Part shown: positions 11,344 to 30,125 of the stretch, piece by piece
Layout: each line of letters starts with the position of its first letter
How positions within the stretch are numbered: the stretch's first letter is position 1
Origin: the human T2T-CHM13v2.0 reference genome, Homo sapiens
Strand: one strand, 5' to 3'
DNA: 64,000 nt
NCBI RefSeq assembly: GCF_009914755.1
Contig: NC_060933.1
The notes under the pieces: model-generated
Databases searched by the model: none
Told to the model about the DNA's origin: nothing
What the model saw: only the letters and a program-made list of their open reading frames with translations
Program-made: the position numbers and the translations under genes

Positions 11344-11764
11344 TAGTGAACCTCCTCATGGGTCACCCTTTGTACTGAATCCCTGAGTTCATCCTTTTCT
11401 TTCCCCAATGCAATTAGAAGCAATTAGCAAATTTTATTCTATTCATTAGTTTGAAAAAATATTATAACATATTAAATATATGGTCACCCAGTAGCTTGTC
11501 TTTTATGAGCTTTTGATTAAGAGTATCTAATGGTGACATTGTGTGTGTCTCTATTGCCAGATCATGCCAGTGCTCTCTTCACTAATGGAAATAGAGTAAT
11601 TGATGTCTTTAAATCTAATCAGATTAGAGAACCAATTCCAGAAACCTCAGAGCCAATCCAGAAAATTTATTCTTAAGATTTTTTTCCTGTAGAGCTATTC
11701 TTGGTAGCAAACTTTGGATTAGCATTGTTAGGCGAAATAGAACCATTATGATGTGTGTGTATAT

Positions 11765-12660
11765 GTTGCAGTCTTGAATCTGAAGGTAGTCTGGAGGCAG
11801 AACTCCTTTCTCCTCGGGGGGACCTCAATCTTTTCTCTTGAGGCTTCCCACTGATTGGATGAGGCCTGCCCATACTATGGAGGGTGGAATGTAATGGACT
11901 TTACTCAAAGCCTCAAACTATGTTTATCACATCTAAAAAATACCTTCCCCACAACATCTAGGCTGGTGTTTGCTGAAGCAACTGGGCATGTGTTAGTCAG
12001 GGTTCTCTAGAAAAGCACAATAGGGTATGTGTGTATGTAGGTGTGTTTGTGTGTCTGTGATTTCTGTATATGTGTGTGTACATGTATATTTACTTAATTG
12101 ATATTTGTTTAATTTTTGGTTACTTATCTATTATCTATTTACTTATTTGGAGTTGGCTCATGCAATTATGGAAACTGGAGAGTCCCAAGATCTGCAGGGT
12201 GAGTTGGCAGGCTGGAGACCTAGAAGACCTGATGGTGTAGTTCCAGTGTGAGTCTTAAGGCCCAAGAACCAGAAGAGCCAATGGTATAGTTCCAGTCTAC
12301 AGGCCAGCAGCCTCGATATCCTAAGAGCCAATGTTTCAGTTTGAGTCTAAAGGCAGGAAATAAAGAAAGCCACTGTCCTTCTTTGAAGGTCATTAGATAG
12401 CAGAAATCTTCCCTTACTTGGGGGCGGGTCAGCCTTCTGCTTCTCCTCAGGCCTCTCACTGATTGGATGGGGCCCAGCAACATCAGGAAGGGCAATCTGC
12501 TTTACTCAGTCAACCGATTTAAATGTTTATCTCACCCAAAAACACCCTTGCAGAAACACCCAGAATAGCGTTTGACCAAACAACTGGCCACATTGTGGCC
12601 CAGTTAAGTTGACAGATAAAATTAACCAACACAGGGCACTATAGTTTACTCTAGTTGACA
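11765..12660 (-). mobile_element. MLT2B-like ERVL LTR (host of nested LTR)
   Basis: tctggaggcagaactcctttctcctcgggggacctc...gattggatgaggcc; resumes after 12638 with tagttgaca. Confidence 0.75.
11989..12633 (-). mobile_element. MLT2 (MLT2C/D-like) solo LTR nested in MLT2B, 5-bp TSD GGGCA
   Basis: TG...CA termini (tgtgttagtcagggttctc...aaattaaccaacaca), flanked by gggca at 11984-11988 and 12634-12638. Confidence 0.85.
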
Positions 12661-12669
12661 GATGTCGCT

Positions 12670-14940
<2,271 letters not shown>

Positions 14941-14953
14941 ACATGTTGAAAAC

Positions 14954-15765
14954 TGTGGTATAATACAAAAAAAAATCTGCTCTTTCTCCCCAGTTCTTGA
15001 CACCGTGCTCCTAAACTCTTGGAATATCCCGAGTGACAGGAGCATCTTATGTCATTCATAACAAACCCCTTTTCATCACACCTGAGCTTATGGTAACGGG
15101 GTGACTTAGGGTGAACCCCAAGACAGCCTTAGCATGGGACTAGTTAGTAGAAAGACCAAGTTGTTAGAGAGTTGGAACTTTCTGCCCTAATATCCAACCT
15201 CCAGGGAAGGGATAAGGGGTGCTAAAGATTGAACCCTCTATAAATGCTCAAACAATGATATTCAGAGAGCTTCTGGGGTGACACACACCCTGAGCTGCTG
15301 AGAGGGTGGCATGCCTGGGAGGCATGGAAGCTCCACAGAACCCCCCATACCTTGCCCTATGCATCTCTTCCATCTGGCTGTTCCTGAGTTGCATCTTTTA
15401 GAATAAACCAGTAAGCCTTAAGTAAAGTGTTTTCCTGAGTTCTGTGAACCATTCCAGCAAGTTATCACACCTGAAAGGGTGCAGTGCTTTGGGAATCCCC
15501 TGACTTTGTAGCCACGCTGGACAGAAATGTGGGTTACCTGGGGACTCAATACTTGCAACTGGCATCTGAAGTGAGGGGGCACTTGTGGGACTGAGTTTGT
15601 TTCCTGTGGAGTCTGACGCTGACTCTGGGAGCTTAGTGTCAGAAGTGAACTGAGTCACTGGACAGGTGTTTGGTGTCTGGAGAGTTGGATAATTGGTTGG
15701 TGTGAGAAAACCCCCCACACATTTGGTGTCCAAAGTGTTGTGAGTAAAAACAGCACAAATTCCAG
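14954..15765 (+). mobile_element. MER21-family LTR
   Basis: tgtggtataata...ctcctaaactcttggaat...aataaaccagtaagc...ttcctgagttctgtga...ccacacatttggtgtc. Confidence 0.85.
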
Positions 15766-17529
15766 ACAAGCTTTTGCCACACCTCTCCTTCCCACATACT
15801 GGAGATTCCATTTCTTAATCCTGACCCAGATTCAAATTCCTTCAGCAGCTCAGCAAGACCATTGCTCCATTTGAACTTAATCTCATTGTGCCACAGCAGG
15901 AAAGTGTCCACAAAGCAAAGAGACAGAGGATAGAGGGACTGAAATCATGCATTTCTCTTCCCTCAAGGATCACTGTCCCCAAACGCCTGCTGTGTGCAAT
16001 GCTTGAAAACAATTGTGTCGTATATTGTCAATTTTGATAGTTGTTTTTGAGTGCAAGTAGCTCGGTATGATACTGTCATCAGCAGAGTGGTAGTCACAGG
16101 TATTGAGCCTTTTAGAATCACTGTGGCTGTTGTGCAAACAGTGGACTGAAAGAATTAAGATTAGAAGCAGTTAAGAGGCTTCTGAAATAAGTCCTGAGGT
16201 TGCTGGAATAAGATGATGGCCTCAGGGATAAAGAGAAGAAAGGAAAAATGTTAGGTACCTAAGAGGCAAAAATGGAAAGGAATCAGTTTTTGTTTTGGGG
16301 GGTTAGGAGAAGAAAGAGGTAAAGGATTCCTTCTACAGCTCCTGTGTGAGCACCCTGAGTTGGTGCTATCCAGTGAAACAGGTCAAGTTGATACTCATAT
16401 TCATACTTGCTTCTTACAAAAAATATTATATTTAAAAAAGAGTAACAAGTTTCATAAGTAAAGATTAAATGTTATTAAGTCATACTCTGAGTTTACTCAG
16501 TGTCTATGTGTCAGACATTACACTCTATGTTTTTACAGACACATACACTTCTGTGCAAAGACTATAGGATGCACACACTGCTATGCAGAGCACAAACACA
16601 CGAGTGTAATTCTACAACACAATGAACGGACATTTTCAGAGACAGAAATCTATCTAAATTACCTTCTCAATGATCATTCTCAAAGGTGCACATCTGTTAG
16701 CTCCAACAGGAGGGTGTCCTGTCAGGGTCCTTTTCCCTGAGTTGAGAGTGAAGAGTATCTGTCATGAAGGGAGAAGTCACAGTCAGCTGGAATAAGGAGG
16801 CCGTCAGCAAGACAGGCTGTCAGGCTCTCCTGGGTTTTCTCTGGAAGACTTCAGCCCACACCTCCCCTCCTGGACACTGAGTGGGAATAACGAGAATCAG
16901 AGGCCACCCCGAACAACAGAGCTCCAAGTGGAGCTTGGGGGTCAACTCAGAGTCCTGCTCTTTCTCCCCCTCATTTGACCCCAAAGAGCAGCAGAGTACA
17001 GTGCAGTGGCAATGTAGATATTCACGAGCATTTTTTTGGCAGGAGTCTCTTTTGAGTAGTGTTTTTTTTTTGACATTTTTGGGACATTTAAGTTAGCAAT
17101 GACATCAAGAATCTGATGGAAACCATAAGCTCTCACCACAGCAACATGCGCAAACTCAGTGGCTCATGGACTCTCTGCAGGTCACTGATGGTTCTTAGGT
17201 TAGGAAGGGGCTGGAGGCATCTCAGAATATTTATTTGCTGGTTACCTGATCCTAGCATCTGTAAGTGTGCTCAAGCGAGCGGATAGGCATGGATCTGGAA
17301 TGCAGAGGAGCCCAGGCATGAAGCAGCAGCACAGGCAGCAACTTGCTCTGACAACACCCCCTGACTTCTCTGACTGGGTGGGTTACACAACCCAGCAGGC
17401 TGTCATCCTGACCATCAGGTCAGAAATGATTGGTGATAAAGTTAGTCACTCAGTCAGTTAAGTGGGCAGGCAGTGAAGTCAGCTTCATAGACTACTTATT
17501 AAGTTTAGTTCCAGTGTCAGGCAAGCAGC

Positions 17530-18335
<806 letters not shown>

Positions 18336-18924
18336 ATAATTTGCAGTTTTTCAAGTGGATTTTTGACTTTTCATCAGCTTGGAAGAGCTTTTTTTTATCA
18401 TACATATGAACTGTGAATAAATTTTCTTAGTTGATTTGGGTTGTTTTAGTCCCTCAAAGGTATCTAATATTTTATAGCAAAATCCTTTCCCCTTTCTTTT
18501 ATAGTTTATTTTTGTTTTCATGTAAAAGTTGTCACAATCTCTACAATGCACATAGGTTTTCCTTTTTTATTGTCTGTTTCACCAACTAAAATGTGTTCTT
18601 CATGTGGAAAAGGACACAACCTATCTTGTTCATCATTGTATCACCAGTTCCTAGAACAGGCCTCAAGTATGGCAACAACTTAATAAGTATATTGCGAGTA
18701 CATAAATGAGATTATTTTTATTTCTGTAAAACCCCTTGTGTATGCACTTGACTGACTCAAGTAAAATGGTCTGAACTGGAGAAAGGAACTTTTCCCCTCA
18801 CAGTATGTCATACGGCCTTCAACTTGCACTGTTAGTGCAACAAGATCTCCATCATTGCCAAAGTATGTCAAAACTCAGACATTCATCAATAGCTCCAATA
18901 AGACAAAGTTGTCATATGGGTTAG

Positions 18925-19214
<290 letters not shown>

Positions 19215-20499
19215 AATTTTTCTACTAAGTTCTAAATTAGACATTGCCTGTATATTACCTGAACATCACCCCAAGACTCTTTCTCTGTGAGATGGTAAGC
19301 CCCATCTGGTAATTTTCCACCTGACCAAAATGGTTCCTGCTGGTGTAATAGATTCTGACATGAATTTATTCCCTGTCTACAGCTAGATGCACCTCACATG
19401 AGCACTTTTCCATCAGGGGCCAACTGGAAATTTTTCCTGGGAATTTAGAATATTGTATCATTAAAAAAATGAAGTAAAGCTGGGAAATAACAACAGCCAA
19501 TATCTAGCTCTACTTTTAACCCAAATTATTTTGTCACCCTCCTACATTATAGCTGCTCTGTTCTTCCTCTGACTTTTGTGAGTCAACAAAGTCATCTTTT
19601 ACCCAAATTAATTCAAGGTGGGTTTATGACATTAGAATTTAAGATCCTGAAGTATTACAAAAAGAGACTAAAAATTCAAATTTTCTCCCCCAATCCATTC
19701 TTTTAAAAACCAGGAGTCCCTGTACCCAAATTCTGAGACTCAATTCTCCAACTCACCCGTAGCAACCACCATCATCTTCTCTTCTCTAGATTTACATGCG
19801 TGCATGCATTTGTGCAAAATGGAAGGGCTGTTTACATAGCAGAGGGTCAGGGAACCAAAATAATGTTATGTTGATGAACCAACAATATTTCTATTTTAGC
19901 TTAACACTTGAGACACAGTACCAAATGGAGTTAAATTTTCATCACTAAACTTGCTGTGATCTTTATCTCTTCCGTTCCTAGTGTACTTGCTGAAATATGA
20001 CTTCATTTATGACATTTCCAACTCATCAACCGTGTCAGCTGGGGACAGAGTTAAAATAACTTTTAAAAACTGAACTTCAGACAAATGTGCTTGGCTCTGG
20101 GAAATCTTAGAAAGTTTTAGCATATTAAGCAGAAGCCTGCGTTGCTTTTTTTCTTACATGCTTGATAGTATGAATATTTATCTGGAATTTTATTTTGTGC
20201 TGGTTATTATATGAAGTGTGTACTGTCCTCATCAAAGAGTGCTTTGTATAGAAATAATTCAGGTCAAAACATCCTCTTTCTTATATGAGTCTTCTTCAAG
20301 GGCCAAGTTAATAAAATTAATAGACTGAACCTTGTAACTCTTAAACATTTACATTTAAATTAGTGACATAAGATTGTATACATTAAAAAAGTCTATTCAT
20401 TAGGATGTCAGGTAAATCCTAAAATGTAGAACACATACTTTAGGCAAGGAAAGTAATTTTTGTTTCCTCAAATTTAAGTATATAGGTTTCTTAATTTTC

Positions 20500-21140
20500 T
20501 TTTTAAAAAATAAATTTTTAATTTTCAAATAGGTTTACATTTACAGAAGAGTTGCAAATAGAATACACAGAGTTCTCCTCCACATCATACCCAATTTTCC
20601 CCATTTTAATGTCTTACATTACTATGTTACATTTGTCACAATTAATGAATTAATATTGATATATTATTAAGTTTATACTTTATTTCTATTTCCTTGGTTT
20701 TTACTTAATGTCCTTTTCTGCTCCAGGATTCCATATCAGGATACCAAAGGACACCAAGTCCTTAGGTTCTTCCCGGCTGTGATCATTTCTCAGGACTACA
20801 TTGTTCTTGATGACCTTGATGGTTTTAGGGGGTACTAGTCAGGTGTTTTTGGAAACTGTTTCTCAGCTGAGGTTTGTCTGATGTAGTAGGATTATTAGTT
20901 TTGGGAGGGAAGATGTCGAGGTAAAATGCCATTCTCATCCTGTCATATGATATGCACTTTCGACTTGACTGATCACTGCTCACAGTGGCCTTGATCACCT
21001 GGCTGAGACAGTGTTTGTTAGGTTTCTCCAATGCGAAGTTACTCTTTTTCCTCCTTTGCTATACTGATTTCTTGGTAGGATGTCATTATGTGAAGCCCAC
21101 AGTTTAGAAGTGGGGAGTTACGCTCTGCTTCCTGGAGTCC
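20500..21140 (-). mobile_element. L1MC-type 3' end
   Basis: ttacagaagagttgcaaatag...aatgtccttttctgctccaggattcc...ttgatgaccttga. Confidence 0.75.
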
Positions 21141-21543
21141 CTGATCTCCTTTTGAAATGATTTTTCATGCTGAACACAAATTAAAGTAAGAAAAATATGG
21201 ATATTGAATGACTAGTGCAAGAAGTCCATTATAACATCTGACATGAAAAATTATCTATCTACTTGTCTATTAAATGATTATATCTATGTATACAAACATT
21301 AAATACTAAGCTATGCAATATTGTCTTTACTGAAGGTAAAGGTCATTAGATTATATTTCATGCAGTGAACTGAGAAATATCTCATTTTTCAGACCTAAAT
21401 CCCATCATTTCTTCAGAATACCAACTCTTTATAGAATGTTGTTTTGGAAAAAGTTTATATTGGTGAAAGTTTACTTTGACATATCTATGGGATAAGACGA
21501 CTTTCTCTACTTCATAGATTTTGAATTCAGGATAAGACTTTCT

Positions 21544-22410
21544 CTACCAATGAGCAAAAATGGACCAAAAAATGGGGTAACATGAGGAAATCAAATCTGA
21601 GATGGTCCACAACTGATCCCTTTTCTTCACCGTACTTAGGTAAATGCTGTGGCACGAGTTGCTCACATTAAATACAACGAAGCAAATCATAAGCAGCAGC
21701 GCAGTCGTGATGGTTCCGGTCTCATGGGAGGCTATAGAGGAACAGCTGTTGTTGTGAAGATGTGGATTATTTTTCTGGTGTCTGTGAAGGAAAATCACCA
21801 AGTAGCCACTGGCTCAACTCATGAGAACCAGAAAAATTAAGTCCTGGAATGTGATAACACTCGTATGAGAGACAGCAATTGTGTTGCCCATGTGTGGTGT
21901 AGCTAAACACATTTTTATGGAGAGATTCTTGGTGACACTGCCATATTTGATAGTGTCAACAAATGGCACAAGCTTGATGTAGATGAGACTGTTGATGACC
22001 CAGAGTGTAAGAAGAAGCACAGTGGTGTTTTGAGCATTTTGTCTTTCAGCCACGTCCACCTGGATTTGCTGGGGCTCCCACGGAGGGCCTGCACCATGCT
22101 TAGGAGGTATGTCGTACATAGGGGAAGTCCCCAAGATACTCTATATAAAAATTCAAATTCCCTACATCCAGTATAATTCAAAAGATTTTTAGTGTTGAAA
22201 GATTTTACTGCCAATGGAATAACTTTGCGGAGAAGTGTCATCGTATTAGCAACAGACAAGTGAAGGAAAAGCAAGCCCATGGGCTTCTTCTGCTGGGGAC
22301 ATATCAAAAAGGTGTAAATAGGCATCAGGAGTAGCAGTAAGTTCCTCCAAATCCCAATGTCAATATGAGAGAGGAAAAAAATTTCCATAATTGTATTGCT
22401 GGAAAGCATG
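21544..22410 (-). pseudogene. VN1R51P: Vomeronasal type-1 receptor (V1R) pseudogene
   Basis: Three minus-strand ORFs tile a 7TM V1R: KKPMGLLFLHLSVAN (TM2), LCTTYLLSMVQALRGSP (V1R TM3 signature), MVIFLHRHQKNNPHLH and TTALLLMICFVV (ICL3/TM6). Frameshift near 22010, stop at 21814-21816, intronless. The symbol number is recalled from locus context. Confidence 0.88.
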
Positions 22411-23369
22411 GTGTTACAGGCTCTCAGAATGATACAAATATTATATTTCAGCCTGAAAAGACTGAAAAACATCAAATTAAAAGCAGAACACAAAAGGATA
22501 CATGTCCCAGGGAGAAAGGATTTCATCTCTTATGTAGTTCCTTTAAAAGGGAATACGAAAAGAATAGAACTATATTAAATATCATGTTGGAAAGTTCCAT
22601 GGTAACCAATTATCCCTCTCAATGTTCACAGGTAATTTTGGGATATGATGTAGGCCAATAGGAAATAATGAGTATTTCCATAGCAAATAAGCCTTCATTT
22701 ATGACACACATTTATTTTGGCAGTAATAATTAGTCTCTCTCCAGAACCCAGAATAAAATGAGAAAAATCAAGTGGGTTTTGATCTGCAGTGCCATTTATA
22801 TTTGGTAAGATTTCTCATTACATTAGTCAGTCTGAAACAAATTACAGTGGAGTGTGGCAGGAACATGTATTATGAACTAAATAAATACTCACTAATGCAC
22901 TCATCATCCGGTTGGATGAAAACGTTCAGTGTCTACTCTGATGGAAGCCAAAGATGCTGATCATAATGAAGTCAAAACCATCAGTACCTGATTCACACTC
23001 TTACATTTCCTTAAAAATACCAGGAGGCTGAAACAGAAAAGTGGAAAAGAGAAATTAAAGATAAATTTATAGAAGGTTTATAAGTGATAAAAACATGAAA
23101 AATAACTTTTTCAGTTATTAAATCAATTCAAATGGAAACAAATAATTTTGCTCATCAATTTGTAAAAGTTTCCAAATTAATCTGCTTCAAAAATGAAAAG
23201 GTCCAGTAAGATAATAAATTTTCCTATAATGCTAATGGGGATCAAGTGTTGATATCTTTGGCAAAGCAATTTAAAATACATATTAAAAATTTGAAGACAA
23301 TTGTACAAAAATAAATAGCCTTCACACATACAAATTACAGTCAGAAGCTATAAGGGCAGAGATAACTAC

Positions 23370-24330
23370 ATTTACAATAGCAATAAAACATACTTAGGAA
23401 TAAACTTACCAAGAAATGTACAAAGCCCATAAGAAGAAAACTGTAGGTCAGGAATTGTGGTGCATGCCTGTAATCCCAATGCTTTGGGAGGCCAAAACAG
23501 GAGGATTGCTTGAGCCTGGGAGTTTGAGACTAACCTGGGCAACAAAGTGAGACCCTTGTCTCTACAAAAAATAAAAAAAATTAGCTGGGCGTGGTGGTGC
23601 ACACCTGTGGTCCCAGCTACTAGGAAGGCTGAGGCAGGAGGGTTGCTTGAGCCCAGGAAGATGAGGCTGCAGGATGCTGTTTCATGCCATTACACTCCAG
23701 CTTGGGCAACAGTGCAAGACCCTGTCTCAAATACAAAAAACAGCAACACACACACCAAAAAAACACTGTAAAACATTTCTAAAAAACATAAAAGTGGCTT
23801 GAACAGATGTAGAGACATTTGGATAGAAAGCCTCAATATCATCAGTATGTCAGTTCTCCAGTAATTTAGCATATGAAGTCAATGCAATCCCAATTGAGAT
23901 AACAACAGTAGTTTCTTTTGGTTGGGTTTTTGGATCTAGACAAGTTGATATTGAAGTTCATATGGAAAAATAATCACAAGGGTAGAAAAATACTATCAAG
24001 AGAAACGAGGGGGATTAACATCACCACATATTAAGCCAACTGCAAAGACTATATAATTAAAACAATAATAATGGCCCACGACTAAACAAATAGATGAATG
24101 AGATAGAACTAAAATCAAGCACACAAATAAAATCCAAATATTATGGAAAATTAGTAAATCATAAAAAGTTCATATCTCAAATCATTGGGCTAAAAAGGGG
24201 AATTTTTAAGTAAATGATGTAGCCATTTATTTTTCCAATGGCATAGCCATTTGAAAAAGTCGGATTAGTTTCCCACACTATACACAAGAACAAACACCGT
24301 AACGATGGGAAATATAAAGAAACAGTCATG
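23370..24330 (+). mobile_element. Old L1M ORF2 fragment
   Basis: aaacatacttaggaataaacttacc, aatgcaatcccaa, ttcatatggaaaaa. Confidence 0.7.
23447..23765 (+). mobile_element. AluJ SINE
   Basis: gaggattgcttgagcctgggagtttgagac. Confidence 0.9.
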
Positions 24331-24704
24331 CATGGTCTCTGTTCTGGCTGCTTGAACTCTATCTGGGAGCAGTGCAATCTAGAATTCTCCATTCAACCCC
24401 CAAGTGCTCCTCTCCCTTTCGCTCCGGCCCCTGATTTATCCTCTCTGAGCTCTCAGGGTCCTGCCTTGTGTCCTTGTGCATGTGCAGCTTAGTGTACAAC
24501 CAGGACATCACATGACCTGCATGCAATCCTGGGGATCCTTCCCTGCCCCATTCTTTCCTCTCTGGTGACTTTCCACATAAAATTCAGCCACTTCAAAAGC
24601 CCCAACATCTGATAGGTTTCATCATCCCACAAGATCTCTGCTCTATGTTTGGGCTCCATTTCCTGGCTCATGGCTCTGTTCCCTTCACTTAAGAATTATA
24701 GTCA

Positions 24705-24935
24705 TTCAGCCTGGCCAACATAGTGAGACTCCGTCTCTACGACAAATTAGCCAAATGTGGTGGCGTGTGCCTGCAGTCCCAGCTACTCAGGAGGCTGAAG
24801 TGGAAAGATTGTTTGGGCCCGGGAGGTCAAGGCTACAGTGAGCTGTGATGGAGCCACTGCACTCCAGCCTGGGCCAAAGGGCAAGATTCTGTCTTCAATA
24901 AATAAATAAAAGGAAGAAAGAAAATAAATAAATAA
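24705..24935 (+). mobile_element. 5'-truncated AluJ
   Basis: Right arm with A-rich tail. Confidence 0.85.
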
Positions 24936-25129
24936 AAGGAACTGTAGTCTGTACTGTCTGTTTTTCAAAACCTGGACACAGTTGCTTATTTTCTTCCCCT
25001 TTGACAATTGTTGATGGTGAAACAATAAATCTGCTACTTATTCCTCTGAGAGGGCTGGGCCGCCCTCTCTCTTTTTTTGTTATTATATTTACAAATTGAA
25101 GATATCATGTCACTATTACTGTAGAATTT

Positions 25130-25432
25130 TCTTTTTTTCTCTTTTTTAATTTTTCATTTTTTAGAACAGGGTTTTGCTGTATCACCCAGACTGGAGTGCA
25201 CTGGTGCAATCATAGCTCACTGTAACCTCAAGTGATCCTCCCACCTCCGCCTCCTAAGTAGCTGGGACTACAGGTGTCAGCAACCACATCTGGCTAGATT
25301 TTTATTTTTTTGTAGAGAGAGGGTCTCACTATGTTGCCTAAGCTGGTCTTGAACTCCTGGCTCCAGCAATCCTCCCGCCTTGGCTTCCCAAACTGCTGGG
25401 ATTACAGGGATGAACAATTGTGCCTGGCCTGC
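25130..25432 (-). mobile_element. AluJ SINE
   Basis: Reverse-complement Alu. Confidence 0.85.
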
Positions 25433-26467
25433 CAAGTTTTTCATAATCTAGATTTGACAGACAGTTTTACTCATGGTTTCACTTTACTTGTATCTCCATC
25501 CTCTATATTTTGCATGGACTTTTAAGTGTATCTACAAATTTGATATATTTCATTTTTGTCTTATTGAGAATATTTCATATATAGTACTGCGTACTTCCCT
25601 TTGCATCAAAACAGAAAGCACAATATCTGTTTAGTGATATTAAAATTGATTATTGGGTCCAAGTATTATCAGCCTGAGTCATCCGTTATACAGATTCCTC
25701 ATCAACCTGTTAAATGCTTGGTATTCATTCATGTTTGTTGCTTAGACATAGTCCTCATTAGAGTTACAAAGTAGTGATTTTCTAATCATACTGTTTCTCC
25801 TCTGTTAATTCGCTGAAATGTTCTGGCACTAGAATATTCATTAGTGAACCTCATTCCTAAGTAGAAGAAACACAATGAACAAATTCAAATGACAACTGGT
25901 AAGAGAAGAATGGAAAATCTGCAACTCTTACCAGATACAAAGGGCGAATTTCAATATTTTTGGGTTCTAAAAATGATCAAGATATAAAACAAAAACCCAA
26001 TAGAAAACAATGTGCAAAGGGTACGAGGTTACAGTTCACAGAAAAAGAAAATAAAATGACTCTTAGAGGAACATATTTTCATACATATGTATAATGAGAT
26101 AAATGCAAATCAAAACTTCAATTCCATTTCTTTGACAATTAGAATGACTAAGACTAAAATTTTAATTAAAAAATTTATGGGCAACATAATAAGACTGATT
26201 TCTTAAAAAAAGGTAGCCATTCATTTCTGTTGGTAGAGTTGTTGGGTAAAATGTACTTTCATAACATTTCCTACAAAAGGTACATTTTTCTCTTACCATT
26301 TCAGTCAACTGTTTCATATTCACAAATTTATCCTCTAAGTATACTTGCATATGTGTAAAATTTTTATTTAAAAAGTTATTCACTGTAATAAACTTTTCAC
26401 TGCAATGAATGTTCATTCATTTTCTGTAGTAGCAAAAGACTAGGGCAACCCATTAATTATGGATTGA

Positions 26468-26849
<382 letters not shown>

Positions 26850-27098
26850 TAAAAATCAGAAAGCTCTTTATGTAGTTATCTGGAATTACACAAGAGACGG
26901 TTAGAAGAAAATATGTGAGAATTACTTGTTAACTAGTGTCAAGGGTAATGTTTCCAAGATAAAAAGTTCATATAAAATAAGAAAAGAGTTGTTAAAAATT
27001 GACCTAAAGAACTTTTGCATGATGAAAATAATGTAAGTCAAAATGCATATAAATCTGAAAAATATTAGTAACCTGTTCATAGATAATTGGTTAACATC

Positions 27099-27101
<3 letters not shown>

Positions 27102-27136
<35 letters not shown>
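27102..27136. repeat. (GT)n microsatellite
   Basis: About 17 GT units. Confidence 0.95.
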
Positions 27137-27137
<1 letters not shown>

Positions 27138-28055
27138 TATAAGCTTTTAAAAACAGTGAAGAAAATCTTACCAAAAAATAAAAACAAAGCAAAAGACATG
27201 AGTAGACATGAATTCCTGGGACATGATCAGATGGAGCAAAGAGAAAACGAATAGTAAGATGATAGATTTAAACTAAACTGTATTAGTAATTATACTATAT
27301 GTAAATAAACTAAATAAAATACAGACATTATTTGCTTTATATTTATAAAGCAAGACCTACATATATACTAAAACATATACAGTTTGAATAGATAGACACA
27401 GATATGCACAACACTAAACATAATAAAGCTTGTGTGACTATATTCATTTCAAATAAAATACACTTGAAGAAACCGGAAATGCCAGAGAAAGAGACTTCCT
27501 AATGATAAAACTGTCAATTCATCAAAAAGTCACAGAAGTTCTAAATGTGCATTTATCTGTAACAGCTTCAAAATGCGGTGAGCAATATCTGTCAGAACTA
27601 AATAAAAAACTGTATCAACACACATCATAGTTGGATGTTTCAATGCCATTATCTCAGTAATTAATGAAATACTAAAAAAACTGTAAGAATGTAAAAGATC
27701 TGAACAAGTCAAATTGACTCAACTGACATTTATAGAGTATTACACCACAAAATGGCAGAGTAAAAATGGCAGAATTCTGGGAAATAAAAATAAATTTCAA
27801 TATACTTTAAAATATTAAAGCCATACAAAAACAAATAATAATAAAGGAGGTGGGAGGAAATTTGGGAGGTGATGGATATGTTTATGTCTTTGAGGGTGAT
27901 GATGGTTTCTGGATGTATACTTACCCAAACTCATCAGGATGTATACATTAAATATGTATTGCTTTTTATATGTCAATGATGCCTCAATAAAGTGGCTTAA
28001 TTTTTTTAATTACCAAAACCCATATGAAATATCTTATGTGAGCACAATAGTATTA

Positions 28056-28388
<333 letters not shown>

Positions 28389-29184
28389 TCAGGTACTGAG
28401 AAAAATCACCAAACATTACAATTAAATTACACACTTCTAAATAATCCATGGTTACTAGGAGAAATTACAATGGACATCAGGAAACTTATTGAACTAAACA
28501 ATTATGAAAACAAATGCCAAAAAATGTGAGATCTATCTAAGGAAGTACTGAATGAAAAATGCTTAAACAATAAATTATTAAACAATGATTCACTTAAGAT
28601 GCTAGAAAAAGAAGAAATAAACTAAAAATAAATAGAAGTAATGCAATACTAAAGAAAGGAAAAGAAGTCAATAAAATAGGAAAAAACTCAATAGAGAAAA
28701 TTGAAACCAAAATTTGAACATTTAAAATGACATTAAAATGAATAAATCCCTAAAAATAAAGCACAAATTATTAATACCAGGAATAAAATAGGGGCATAAG
28801 TGCAATTCCTACAGATATTAAAAATTATAATAAGATATTATGAGTAACTTTATGCCAATATATTAAATAACTGAAAAAATAAATTTCTTGAAAGCCACAA
28901 TTCATTAAACCTGACATAGAAGAGAAAGCTAAGTAGTTCTATATATGTTAAAGAAGAGAGTTCATAATGAAAAACCTTTCCAAAAAGAAAACTTCAAAAC
29001 AATAGTGAATTCACTAGTGAATTCTTGAAGCATTTGAGAAAGAAATACCAATTTTGTAAAAGTATTTTTAGAAATAAAGAATGCTTTCTAACTTAAGTGA
29101 CCAGTGTAACTTTGGTACCAATACATTACACAAAGTAAATATAGAGACCAATATTCTTCAAGAACAAGAGATGCAAAAATGTTT

Positions 29185-29745
<561 letters not shown>

Positions 29746-29810
29746 TTATTATAATACTGTTGTGCTCACATAAGATATTTCATGTGGGTTTTTTTTAATT
29801 AAAAAAATTT

Positions 29811-30125
<315 letters not shown>

